A stretch of DNA of 63,740 bases, counting the filler, from Stramenopiles sp. TOSAG23-6 (taxonomy: Eukaryota), in assembly GCA_900128565.1 (NCBI GenBank). It is 12 parts of 12 records of this genome, joined end to end, with 100 filler letters (N's around TTAATTAATTAA, not from the genome) between each part and the next. Parts side by side here need not be neighbours in the genome. Positions count along the whole stretch, not along the records: positions 47,949 to 53,151 come from LT636955.1; positions 53,252 to 58,449 come from LT636956.1; positions 58,550 to 63,740 come from LT636957.1; 9 more parts are not named here. One strand, 5' to 3'. Shown here one piece after another: positions 48,943 through 60,880 of this stretch. Every line of letters starts with the position of its first letter. The first letter of the stretch is position 1. The notes under the pieces are model-generated. The model saw only the letters and a program-made list of their open reading frames with translations. It ran no database searches and was not told where the DNA came from. Position numbers and translations under genes: made by a program.

Positions 48943-51900
48943 TTACTTTACCAGACCTTCTTCTGTTTCTCGAAAAATATCAGAAATATTTAAGTTTTTG
49001 GAAAGTTTTGGCATTGCAAATTTAATATGTCCCATCCCTCGATGTCCGTCACGTGTATTGATACAATTTGCTTCAATGCCTACAAAAGATTTCGGACCAT
49101 TATAATCGTCCCTCGGGTCTTTTTTTGATTGAATGGCAGACATACCAACATTCGAACTTACTTGGTGTGTCATTCTTAAATATTTCAATGCGCCTTTCAT
49201 ACGATGAGTTTGTCTCGCTTTCGAAATTTCCTTGTGTTTTTTCACAATATCACGTTGTCGAAAATGACGAGTTGAAATTTGTGTATTGTCTAAAGACAAC
49301 GTCGCATCGTCGTCGGAAGAGCTAAAATCGGATATATCGCAAAGACTTAAATCTTGATTATCAATTTGATTTTGATGTTTTACTGATAATGGTGCCTCAT
49401 CATCGATCACAATCCAATCTAATTTTGAAAATACTTTTTCCAACGTAGAAAAATCTTCCGAGGAAAGTTTGTTATTGCCTAAATAAACAGTAAGATTTAT
49501 TGAGCTTGTTTTAACTTTGTTTACTTCGGATATTCCAATTTTTGATTTAGCCTAATTATTTTTCCAATCCGAATACCAGCAACATAACTTAGTTTATTTT
49601 TCGCGAATCGTAATGTTTTTACTGAACTGCTTGAGGTCGCTAAGGAAGATAAAATTGCTTCAAACATATCGTCATTTATACCACATTGAGATAGATCAAC
49701 CACTTGCAGTTGGTTGCATAATAATATTCTGCAAAGAAAAGGCGCAACTGAAATGTCTTCTCCAATATTCGGGTTTTCAGAAAGGCTCAAAGCATGAAGT
49801 GTTAAATTATTTTCTAGGCCAGTGCCTAATATTTCTACACAAGAGCGATCCAATCCACAATCACTCAAGTCAAGGTCAATATGGCGTGAGTGTTTAAACT
49901 GCATCATATTTGTCAAAGCCTTGCAACCGCGTGTATAAAACCTATTCCCTCGAAAGCTAATGTTAGTGATAGTTGTATTGTCCATAAGAATTTCGCATAA
50001 TGCTTCTATTTCTAGATAACCTAATGAACAGTCAGCGAAATTTATTTTTTGTGTGCCACTCTTATTCAATAATTGTCTGAAACCAGATTGTTTCATACAC
50101 GTTGCCGTAAGTCCTGGGCCTTTAACAAAACTCAATGAGCTAATTTTCAAAACTTCGCCTAAAGTTCCAGCACACAGCCATGACTTATTCTGACAACCAT
50201 ATTTCTGAACAACTCTCGGTACCCACCATTTATCAGTTGGTCTACAATAGTTTAACAACCATTCGACGTCTGAAATTGAACCTCTCTGGCCAGCGAATAA
50301 GAAAGCTCTATATCCTTTGGATACCCGTAGAGGCAAGCTACTTAGATACTCTGCTGGTGTGTAACCATTAAGATCTGTACAATGTACATTGGCACCGGAT
50401 TCAATTAGCATATTTACTGGAATTCGGCATCCGTGTGCATACGCACAGTGAAGGGCAGTTATCCCACCATTCAAAGGGCTAGAATGTGTGTCTACCATGT
50501 AGCGATTATTTATCAAAAGTCTCAAGCATATCTGATGGTCATGAGCAGCTGCAATCATCACTGCAGTCTTCATACCATGAGATGAACTTCTATACTGCGG
50601 CCGGTGAGCCACCCATGGCTTCAGTTTTTCAATGATTTTTATTCGTTTTAATGCATTCTCAAGAGCGTGTCGATCACCGAGAGCTGCTGCAACAAATATT
50701 GCTTTGTCCTCTACCGCTGGATCCAATAAATTTTTCGATTCTTGCACCACATATGATTTCAATGGCGAATCTCCCTTTCTAGTGGAATTTACTTCTGTGA
50801 AATAAAATTTCCAGCGTAAATTATCTCGTAGTAACTCAGTGTCTGAACGGTCAAGCTCTTCTTCTTTATTCTCACTTTTCACATGCTGCAAATCATTTTT
50901 TCTCCATAAATTATGTTCGCACATATTTGCCAGCTCTTCTAGTACGGTTACACTAATTCGAGTATTCTTTACTTCTATTTCAATAATTGAAGATTTCATT
51001 TCAATCATTTTCAGAAGGCTATAACCAGTCGTATCCCCGATATCGTTATTTGATAAAGTCACATGCACAATGTTTGAAGTTGTCGTTGCTAATGCTTCAG
51101 AAATACATACACCAGTATCATCATTCAAATTGTTGTGAGCAAAGTTAACATGTTTTAAATTACTAAGACTTTCAAGCAGTGGTCTCATAGCCAGACTTAA
51201 ATTCGAGAGTTTACCTAATTCATTTCCTTGTAAACATAAATATTTTAGATCTGAATGACTTTTAAGAAATTTTAATACCTGAAGAATTGGTTCTCTATTT
51301 ATTTCCGTACTGTTGACATTATGGACACTAGAAGAAGATATATTGCTGAAACAATTACTCAAATCAAGATGCACTAAACTTCTTTTTTCTCGAATTCCTT
51401 CAGCAAATGAGTTACCAGTCATTTCATTAAACTTTACATGAGATAAGTCTAATTTAGTCAAACTTTTACAAGAAGCAATTTGATTCAAAAAGTTACTCTC
51501 ATCAGCACCCCCTAAATCTGGTGATACAAATGACTTTAATGAAGTATTTGTGGTAAAACTCTTACCTAAAGCTCTACCACTTTCCCCATCACTACTACTA
51601 TACCATTCAGGATGCTCCGATAGGTTCAGATGTGTAATACTATAGTTTTTTTCGATCATAGTGGTTAAAGATACAACAATACCCACAGCTAAAGCGTTAT
51701 TTTCTAAATCCAACGATGTTAGTGTATTATTTTCAGATATTGCCTGCAAAAGATTTTTCATTCCTTCAATGTTGGATTTCGCGTCATGATTTGACCCAAT
51801 TGTTGCCTCATTCACAGATAATCCCAATGCACACCCAGCTAAATCCAATTCTAATAGAGAGGAATTTTTAGTCATAGTCCTGGCAAATGCTTTGGCAGAC

Positions 51901-53151
51901 TTGTCACCAAGATGATTGTCTCGTATGATGAGCGATGTAAGGCATTCGTTGGTCTCCAATGCTCCGGCAATTGCTTTCCCACTTTGTACACTAAGCATAT
52001 TCCCAGATAGATTAATACTTTTCAGATATTTTTGCTGCTCAAGTGCACTTGCAATAGCTACACAACCGTCATCTTTCAATTGATTTGAAGACAAATTAAG
52101 ATCTACGATATTTTCATTACTCCTTAATAAATTTGCTATTGCTGGTCCAGCAGTAGATGGTATAAGATTACCACTTAAATTTAAACGAGTTAAACTTTGA
52201 TTTAATCTCACTGCATCTATGATGCTAGTTAATCCAGAATCACAAAGAGCCAGTTTGCAATCTGCGAGTAATAATGTCTGTAGTGATTTTTGCTCTTGGA
52301 TATGTGAAGCAATTTCCTGACAACCATCGAAACGAATTTCACAATTCGAAAAATTCAGTAACTCTGTTTTAGGTAAACATTCAAATATTTTCTGTATTCC
52401 TCCTTTCAGTAGTTGATTACCACTAAAATCAACATCTTTTATGAACCGGTCGTCATTTGTTTTCAGTTTTTTGGCCAAATGAACTATTTTTCTGTGTCGA
52501 AGGTTACAATTAGCGAAGCTGACACTCTCAGCACCAGAATTATTTAATAAAATTTCAAATTCTGGATCTAAAATATCAGATTCATTCTTTAATTTTAGAC
52601 CTGAAAAGTCTAAATGCTTAAGACCCTGGACCTGACCGAATGCTGCAGCCGCCGTCCACTGGTGCTGTTCTATACCAAGTTCAATCACAGCTTTATCCCA
52701 CCACCATGTCGTATTGACACGTGGTTCATGAAGCATTTTGGTAGCCCATTGCAAATCATTGCACTGTCCATTAGCACCCCTTTTCGCTGCTTCAAGACAA
52801 GCGTTCCATCCATAATTTAGCTTTAAATTATCAGACGAAATCATTTCTTTTGCAACCAGGCCTTGTGCAGACTTAATATTTTGATCAGCACCAGCTTTTA
52901 TTAGCGTTCGAATCGACATATTTCCACCGAAGAGATATGCACAATGAAGAGCTGTAAACCCCCCGTGTTCTTCAGTTGTCTGGATATTAATTGCTTCAGG
53001 GAATCTTTCTATCAGTATTCTAATACATTTGCAATGCTCTTTCGTTGCTCCCTCAGCTGCAATCATTAAGGCATTTCGACCACGCTTGTCTACATAGGAT
53101 AAATCCAAATGTTTTGTAGACACCACAGAAGTAATACGTTTTAGACAATTA
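48943..53151 (-). CDS. Ankyrin + ribonuclease-inhibitor-type LRR protein with a duplicated module; probable frameshift near 49540
   Basis: TALHCAY twice; LxLSxNxL repeats; LRR-like text continues in another frame into ORF 48943-49443. Confidence 0.8.
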
Positions 53152-53353
53152 NNNNNNNNNNNNNNNNNNNNNNNNNNNNNNNNNNNNNNNNNNNNTTAAT
53201 TAATTAANNNNNNNNNNNNNNNNNNNNNNNNNNNNNNNNNNNNNNNNNNNNTTTTGGAAAAATATTTCAAAAAAAAATCTAAAAAAATTTGTTAGGTACA
53301 AAATTTACTATAAAAAAAAATTCGAAATTGAAAAAAAAATAAATAAAACATAC

Positions 53354-53499
53354 TTTACCATTAGAACAAAGTACGCGGCTAATTTCGCGAAGTAATTGTG
53401 GATATAAGATATTAGGTTTTAGTAAAGTTTTGCACCGATTGTTAAAAGGCATATCAACAATAATTAAATCTACAGAATTTGAACGAAGGGGTAAGAGGG
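53354..53499 (-). CDS. Internal exon of a THUMPD3/Trm14-like RNA methyltransferase
   Basis: LPLRSNSVDLIIVDMPF...LYPQLLREISRVL, bounded by two inserts. Confidence 0.75.
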
Positions 53500-53600
53500 A
53501 TGTATTTTGGAAAAATATTTCAAAAAAAAAAAATTAAATTTGTTAGGTACAAAATTTTTATAAAAAAATAAATTCGAATTTGAAAAACAATAAAACATAC

Positions 53601-54549
53601 ATTATCATCGAATTTGTCAAAAGGGTATTTGTTACTATTCGCAACACATTTAGTGTGAAAAATATTATTTTTTTTTTGGTTTGTTACAAAAAATAGTTAG
53701 GTACGAAATTTTCTATGAAATTTTTTTTTGAAATGATGAAAACGTACACATACTAGGCTTATTATTGAATTCCTCCTCACTAACGCTAGTATCATCTAAA
53801 ACATCATCATTATTATTACAATTATCATCATCAGCATACCATTGGCTGTATTTACTATCTTTCTTTAGAAGTAGACGCAACTGATCAAACTCATTTTGCT
53901 GTAGTTTAGGACGCGCAAAATTTGGATTTTCCTTACATAAATCAACTTTTAGTGTAACACTTGAGGTATCATCACGAAATTCAAAGGCAACCTCCAGTTT
54001 TTTTGTTGTCATTTGCCTTTTTGCTTTTCCATTAGCCTTATATGGCCCCATGAGAATATGTTGGTCCACATTATACAAAAACAAGGGGGTTCCAAGTTTA
54101 ATTGCACTCCCACCCATTGCCCAAAAGTAGTTATCCCCTATAAAAACGTCATCTTTAAAGAATTTTTTTTCTGATTCATTATTACAAATAAACAAAAACC
54201 CCAAACAACTATTACTGTACTTTGGTTTAAATTCATATGATGGGACAGTATGCTGCGCTATACTTCTTTTTGTTGTTTCTTTTGTCTCATGTACAGAAGC
54301 TTCTTGTACATCTCGGGTTTGCTGTAATTCGGACGTCGTTTTCTTCTTTTTCGTCGTCTTGAGGGGAATTTTTATCAGCTTTTTCTTTGATATAACCACA
54401 GTATTATCCGGTTCTTCATTTCCTGACGTATCCTCATTATAGTCAACCTCTTCACTATCTTCAGAAATATTTCCTACGTTGCTGTCTGCAACAGAAAACT
54501 TTTCAAAGTCTTTTGCTACACCGCTTGTATCTGGTAAAAGTATATCCAT
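53601..54549 (-). CDS. DCD-domain protein, 5' exons; intron 53648-53747 (GT...AT)
   Basis: GFLFICNNES...IKLGTPLFLYN...LMGPYKA. Confidence 0.7.
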
Positions 54550-54976
54550 CTTCAACTTGAATGGACGCTTCCAATAAGAATACGTATACAATTTGTAAAT
54601 ACAAACTATTGAATTCAGCTCGTTCTAAAATAACTTAATTTGGATTAAACTTGTAAACACTATGCGGCGCACTTCAAAAGAGAACGCAGCGTAGTATTGT
54701 GTCACAAGTGTTGACATCAGGCAGATCTGATCATGACAGAAAAAATGTTTTGAAATCCGGAGAAACACGAAATTCGTGAAATATAAAAGCAAATGTGCGT
54801 GAAATATTTTTTATTATCGTAATTACTAAGTAATAAACCTATTTTTTTCGATTTCCTCTCAAATCTCAGAAACTCATTATATTCTTACTACTACATATAG
54901 TATATACACTGATAAACAAAATTTATAGTTTTTTCACTTTTTCATCTTGAAGTACCATCACTGTCAACGCTGTCTA

Positions 54977-57096
54977 TCACGCGCCTTGATCATCACCATC
55001 ACCACCATCACCATCACCACCTGCATCACCACCTGCCTTAGCACCTGCTTCACCACCTGCTTCACCACCTGCCTTAGCACTATTTGCATTATCAACATCA
55101 CCACCTGCCTTAGCACCATCACCAGTTGGACCAGCACCAGCAGGATCAGCACCATCATCACCACCTGTATCACCACCTGTATCACCACCATCACCACCAT
55201 CACCACCATCACCATCTGCATTGTCGTCGTCATTTGAATTCTCTTTGCCCTCCTCCGGACGACATCCTTCCAGTTTCCCCTTTCCACAAATTGCCACATG
55301 ACTATGTTTGTCCTCCAAAGCCTTTTCTAATTCTTTTTGTGCTTCTTTTTTCAGCTTGTTTTTTCCCCACCAAGTTTTTTTGGCTTTTTGTTTTTTACAC
55401 TCTGCAATCGCTATATTTTTTTCAATTGTCATCATATGTTTTTCATACCCCTCTGTTTTTCCTTTGTCACCGGGAAAGCTCGGAATATGCACACATTCAT
55501 CACAATTACCCTTCAAGCATTCTTGTAATTTTTCATAGACCTTAAGTGAGTAATATATGCCATTGGGGTGTTTTTTTTTCGCTTCCGTCATTTTGCCATT
55601 CTCCGGACGACATCCTTCCAGTTTCCCCTTTCCACAAATTGCCACATGACTATCTCTGTCCTTCAACGCCATGTCTAATTCTTCTTTTGCTTTTTTTATC
55701 AGCTTTCTTTTTTTCAAGGGATTTAGATTGAAAGTTTTTGTGGCTTTTTGTTTTTTACACTCTGCATTCGCTATATTTTTTTCAATTGTCTTCATATGTT
55801 TTTCATACCCATTTGTTTTGGTTTCGTCACCGGAAACGCCCGGAATATACACACATTCATCACAATTACCCTTCAAGCATTCTTGTAATTTTTCATACTG
55901 AGATGGTAAGTACCCTAGGTCTTTTTCGTAGTATTTTTTTTTCGCTTTCTTCTCGGCACTTTCCTGATTTCTTTTTGCTTGAAGTTCTTCCTCGGCCTTT
56001 TCCTCTTCTCTCTCCAATTTACTTTCCCATAAATTTTGGTAAAATATTTCCAACATTTTTTTATTTTTGTAAGGTACAAAGGTACAAAAACAAACAAAAA
56101 ACAAACAAAAACAAACAAAAAACAACATAAACAAACAAAAACAAACAAAAAAAAATGATTTTGGATTTTGGAGTTGAAAAACATGAAATTTCGAAATTAA
56201 AATGTGAGAAATTTAAAAGAAATTATTTTGTACAAAAAAATTAAATTACGAAATTAAAGTGATGAAAAAGTACAAGATTCACATGGCTTCGGTGCCATCC
56301 CTTGGAAATGTTGGAGTATTGGTATAAGAGCCAAAATATTTCTATGAATTTTCTCATTGTTTCTTTTTTGCTTTCTTTTTTGCTTTCCCACTTCTTCTTT
56401 CGCTTTTTTCAAGTCGGATATTTTTTTTTTTTTCAAGTCGGATATTTTGTTTTTTTCTTTATCCTTTTGTGAGTTGTCTTCGTCTTCCATATGACTGATT
56501 TCTTCCTCGATATCATCGATATTTTCCTCGAATTCGTCGATTTTTCCCTCGAAATTGTCGTTTTTCGCTTTGAGTTGAGAGTGTTTCTGTAATGGTTCCT
56601 CTAACGCTTTTAAACTTCTTTTAACAGCTGCTTCAAATGTCTTTTCACAATTCATTTGATTTTGTTTAAGTTTGTCCACTTGACGGCTGTATGATTCAAA
56701 TGCACTATTAACTCTATCATTCTTGGAGCAATATTTTTTATGTACTTCGCAAAATTCCTGCACAGCACAAAATTTAGCACACTGATCAGAATCGAAATTC
56801 CTTTTGAAGAACGCATTGAAAGATCCTTTCATACCTTTACCAATGCATTCACCGTACTTCTCTATATCGACGTTCATATTATCCTTTAACGGCAAATGTT
56901 TACAAAATTGAGACGCAAGCATTTTATTATTCTCATTCGCGCTCCTTTTCATCCCTTTAAGAATTTTTTTTCCAATGATATAAAGACCTACAGCTGCGAT
57001 TACGTGAGGAAGAGCAGCACCTTGCCCTATAGCTTCAATACGAGCAAATAATGATCCAATGATTATAGCTTTGAAAAGTTTGTTAATGTTAAGCAT
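54977..57096 (-). CDS. Secreted Lys/Cys-rich protein with a ~120-aa internal duplication and Gly/Asp-rich tail; intron 56029-56273
   Basis: Signal peptide at 57096; YEKLQECLKGNCDECV...CGKGKLEGCRPE twice; junction CESW-ESKL. Confidence 0.7.
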
Positions 57097-57452
57097 TTTG
57101 TTTGAGAATTCTTGTGTTGTTTTCTTCAGAAAGTTTTTGCTATAAGATACTTTTACCTTAGTAAGATACGAAATAAAATGTTTTTCGTCTCCAATCACAC
57201 GATCGACGTCGTCCGTTGTTTCGGTGATTATATGTGTTAGCTATGAAATTTCGTATGAAAAATATTGCGCATGAAAGACTGACGAAGAAAAAATCACCGT
57301 CAAACAAAATGAGATTGGACAGGTTTGTTCCAAAACAATTTTTAAGAAGAAAAATTATCAACTGTCTCAAGATAACGTAGAGCAATCTTTCTATCTTAGA
57401 CCATCATCTATCTATTTAAAGTTTATTGATTATGTAGTAGAAGATCTATTAC

Positions 57453-58385
57453 TTACACAAGAAACCCGAAGCTTTTTCGCAATGAAAGCCTAAGAAAAGA
57501 ATTCAAATTATAGTCTACTGGGTGATCAAATTTTGATAAAGTTGACACTTCCTGATCAAATATTGATGACAATTTTTGATCATTTTTTCTGACTCCACAA
57601 ATACTCAATTTACAATTTGGAGCAAGACTTTTCAAAGCCTTTTCATACTCTTTATCANAGTTTATGTTAGGCACAGCGCGGAAGGAATAATCAGAGGTAA
57701 CACAGACCCTAAATAGTAAAAAAATATTTAAAATTTTGTTTTGTTAGGTACGAAAATTTCGTATAAAAGAAAATTTAAAAAAAAAAAAAAATTCGAAATT
57801 CATCATGAAAACATATATACCCGAATGTAGACATCCAGTCTTTGTTTTTGCGAATATTTTTTGATTGAGCATTGCACTAGCAATAAATAATTGATACAAA
57901 GTTGTAGGTGGAGGTCTTATAGGCGGAATTAATGCTTGTATTCGTGATTCATTTTTATCAATATCAGATTTTTTTTCTATAGAGAATTGATTAGCTATAC
58001 AATTACCACACATATGTATCGTGAAAAACATTATAAATTTGAAATTGGTCAAACGTTTTGTTAAGAAATAGCGGATCAATAATGAAATGTATACGAAATT
58101 TCAGTAGTCAAAACGTACATCATAGTCACACAAAGAACAACGGTGAACTGGTGTACGTATTGTGAAAAAATATTTTTTTTCTGTAAAATTCGTTAGGTAC
58201 AAAATTTCGTACGAAAAAAAACTAAATTCAAAATTGAAAAAAAAAATAAAACATCTTGTGAAAAAATATTTTTTTTCTGTAAAATTCGTTAGGTACAAAA
58301 TTTTTATAAAAAAAAAAACTAAATTCAAAATTGAAAAAAAAAATAAAACATACACCTGGACGACACAATTTTTTACATTTATCAC
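57453..58385 (-). CDS. ZZ-type zinc finger protein, 3' exons; introns 58155-58353, 58014-58118, about 57709-57816
   Basis: Spliced CDKCKKLCRPG|TPVHRCSLCDYD|MCGNC. Confidence 0.75.
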
Positions 58386-58549
58386 AAGTATTGTAAAAAA
58401 ATATTTTTTTTTTTTTTTCGTAAAAAAAAACAATTCGTTAGGTATGAAANNNNNNNNNNNNNNNNNNNNNNNNNNNNNNNNNNNNNNNNNNNNTTAATTA
58501 ATTAANNNNNNNNNNNNNNNNNNNNNNNNNNNNNNNNNNNNNNNNNNNN

Positions 58550-59314
58550 AAGGTTGTACAAAATCTGCAAGAGGGAGGACAAAATTTTGTGTTGGACATG
58601 GAGGAATACGTTGAATTTAATTTTTTTTTTCATAGGAAATTTTGTACCTAACGATTTTTTTTACAAAAAAAAAATAGTATTGTACAAAAAAAAATTTATT
58701 TGTTTTTTTTCATAGGAAATTTTGTACCTAACGATTTAAAAAAAAAAAATATATTATTGTACAAAATATGGCAAACGATGTTCCATTCAAGGTTGTAGTA
58801 AATCAGCTAGAGGAGCTACACCTTTTTGCTGCTCGCATGGAGGTGGTCGCCGTTGCCAAATAGTTGGATGTAAAAAATCAGCACAAGGCTGTACAAACTA
58901 CTGTGTTGCTCATGTAAATTATATATTTTTTTTGATTTCCATTTGCCTACCATTGATTGTATACTCAGTTTCACACAGGTTTTCGTGTTTTTCTTCTCAA
59001 ATGTTTCATACAAAAATGTATGCCTAACAAATATAGACATATCTATTAACATTTTGTTTTTACTCTACATGGTGGTGGACGGCGATGCAATTATCCACGT
59101 TGTGCCAAAAGTTGTCATGTACGTTTTTGTAATTATATTCATTTGCTCTTTTTTTATTTTATAATTGAATTTCATTTTTTTATTGTATCAAACTCTTGAA
59201 AAATATTATTGTAGAATTTAGGATAGCACAACATTCTGTCGATTGCATGGACGACAATTGTATTTCAAGTATATGGAACTTAATAATAAGAAAGTACATA
59301 CGATTTCTGGCTAA
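58550..59314 (+). CDS. WRKY19-like zinc finger repeat protein, 3' part; introns 58606-58769, 58914-59070, 59119-59221
   Basis: GCxKSARGxTxFCxxHGGGxRC repeats restored across three inserts. Confidence 0.85.
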
Positions 59315-59672
59315 CTGTGGTGCGCCATTTTTTTTCAATCATTGAATGAGGAATGACCTTACACGACACTTTGTTTTTCTTTCTCTTCAAATAAATTTAG
59401 ACTAAACATCAACTTCTTTTCCGTTAGCGTAACACTATGTACTAATGAGTTGGAATTATCATAGTGCTTTCTTCGTGGCATATAGCTTTGTTTACTCATT
59501 CATATACAACAATAAAAAAGAACATTCAAAGCACAAAGATGGACACGAGAAAGTTCAAAAAGTTTAGAAATATTATAAAGGTAATATATTTATTAAATGT
59601 ATATATAATATTAATAAGTCACATCATTGATACATATGATAGTAAGAAAGATATAGTTTCTTTGGTTTGGAT

Positions 59673-59687
59673 GGTATTAAAAATACC
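59673..59687 (-). promoter_or_regulatory. Histone 3'-UTR stem-loop (H2B)
   Basis: GGTATT-TTT-AATACC followed by ATCCA; shared with H2A. Confidence 0.75.
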
Positions 59688-59749
59688 TTTTGGGGTGTCT
59701 AGTAGACATCTTCAAAGGAAGTTGTCTAGACATTTACAACTTCTCAAAT

Positions 59750-60085
59750 TTAGTTGGAAGAAAATTTGGTAACAGCTTTAGTACCTTCAGAGACAGCGTG
59801 TTTAGCGAGCTCTCCTGGGAGTACAAGGCGGATAGCAGTCTGGACTTCTCGGGAAGACAAGGTTGCTTTCTTGTTGTATCGTGCGAGGCGGCCAGCTTCC
59901 ATGCATACGCGTTCGAAGACGTCATTGATGAAGGAGTTCATGATGGACATTCCTCTCTTGGAGATACCGGTTTCAGGGTGAACTTGTTTGAGTACCTTGT
60001 AGATATAGATGGAGTATGTCTCGACACGGCGCTTGCGGCGGGTGGAGGTTCCAGATTTTTTTCCTTTGCGTGAAGTTTTAGCCAT
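59750..60085 (-). CDS. H2B: Histone H2B
   Basis: [16 protein letters not shown]...[20 protein letters not shown]. Confidence 0.99.
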   Translation of the reverse strand: MAKTSRKGKKSGTSTRRKRRVETYSIYIYKVLKQVHPETGISKRGMSIMNSFINDVFERVCMEAGRLARYNKKATLSSREVQTAIRLVLPGELAKHAVSEGTKAVTKFSSN

Positions 60086-60318
60086 TTTGATTGATTAAAA
60101 GTTTGTTCTAATTTGTTTATGAGGTTTGTGATTGATTTCGAAAAAAAGTGAAGTGGCAGGTTTGTGGTGTGCTGGGAGCACCAATCGAGGCGAACTTTTC
60201 AAATATCGAGTTTCACTCAAGTGGCTTCGACAAACCTGTTTCATCACGTTTGCGCGCCGTTCGAACTTTCTATCACAACAAAACATTTACTTTTTTAAAA
60301 ACTAAATAATACTTTAAA

Positions 60319-60699
60319 ATGGCAGGAAAAGGAAAAGGAGGACGCGGAGGAAAAAACAAGGGAAAATCCACATCCCGATCTGCAAAGGCTGGACTTCAGT
60401 TCCCAGTTGGACGTGTTGCTCGTTATATGAGAAACATGAAAGTTGCATCTCGTCTCGGCGGTGGCGCTCCAGTCTACATGGCTGCTGTCCTCGAATATCT
60501 CGCTGCTGAGATTCTCGAGCTTGCAGGAAACGCTGCTCGTGACAACAAACGATCCCGCATCATCCCACGTCACCTTCAGCTTGCAATCCGCAATGACGAA
60601 GAGCTCAACAAACTCCTCGGTAATGTTACCATTGCTGCTGGTGGTGTTCTTCCAAACATCCACGCTGTCCTTCTCCCAAAAAAGAAAGGCCGCAAGTAA
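60319..60699 (+). CDS. H2A: Histone H2A
   Basis: [14 protein letters not shown]...[15 protein letters not shown]. Confidence 0.99.
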   Translation: MAGKGKGGRGGKNKGKSTSRSAKAGLQFPVGRVARYMRNMKVASRLGGGAPVYMAAVLEYLAAEILELAGNAARDNKRSRIIPRHLQLAIRNDEELNKLLGNVTIAAGGVLPNIHAVLLPKKKGRK

Positions 60700-60754
60700 G
60701 AAGTTGTATCAACTTTAAAGTAGTATATCTATAGAGATATCAAAAACAAAATAA

Positions 60755-60769
60755 GGTATTTTCAATACC
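60755..60769 (+). promoter_or_regulatory. Histone 3'-UTR stem-loop (H2A)
   Basis: GGTATT-TTC-AATACC followed by ATCCA. Confidence 0.75.
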
Positions 60770-60880
60770 ATCCATTACAAGGAAATCAATGTATACAGTA
60801 TAATCTTTTATAATATAAATAGTAAATCGTATATTCTATTCTCTCTGATTATTTATGTTTCTTGAATGGACGAATATATA

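Noticed and set aside
54947-55545. Poly-His, Thr/Ile-rich and Val/Met-rich ORFs
   Set aside because: Antisense or alternate-frame shadows of the GGT/GAT repeat tail. The same applies to 22094-22504 and 9981-10550.
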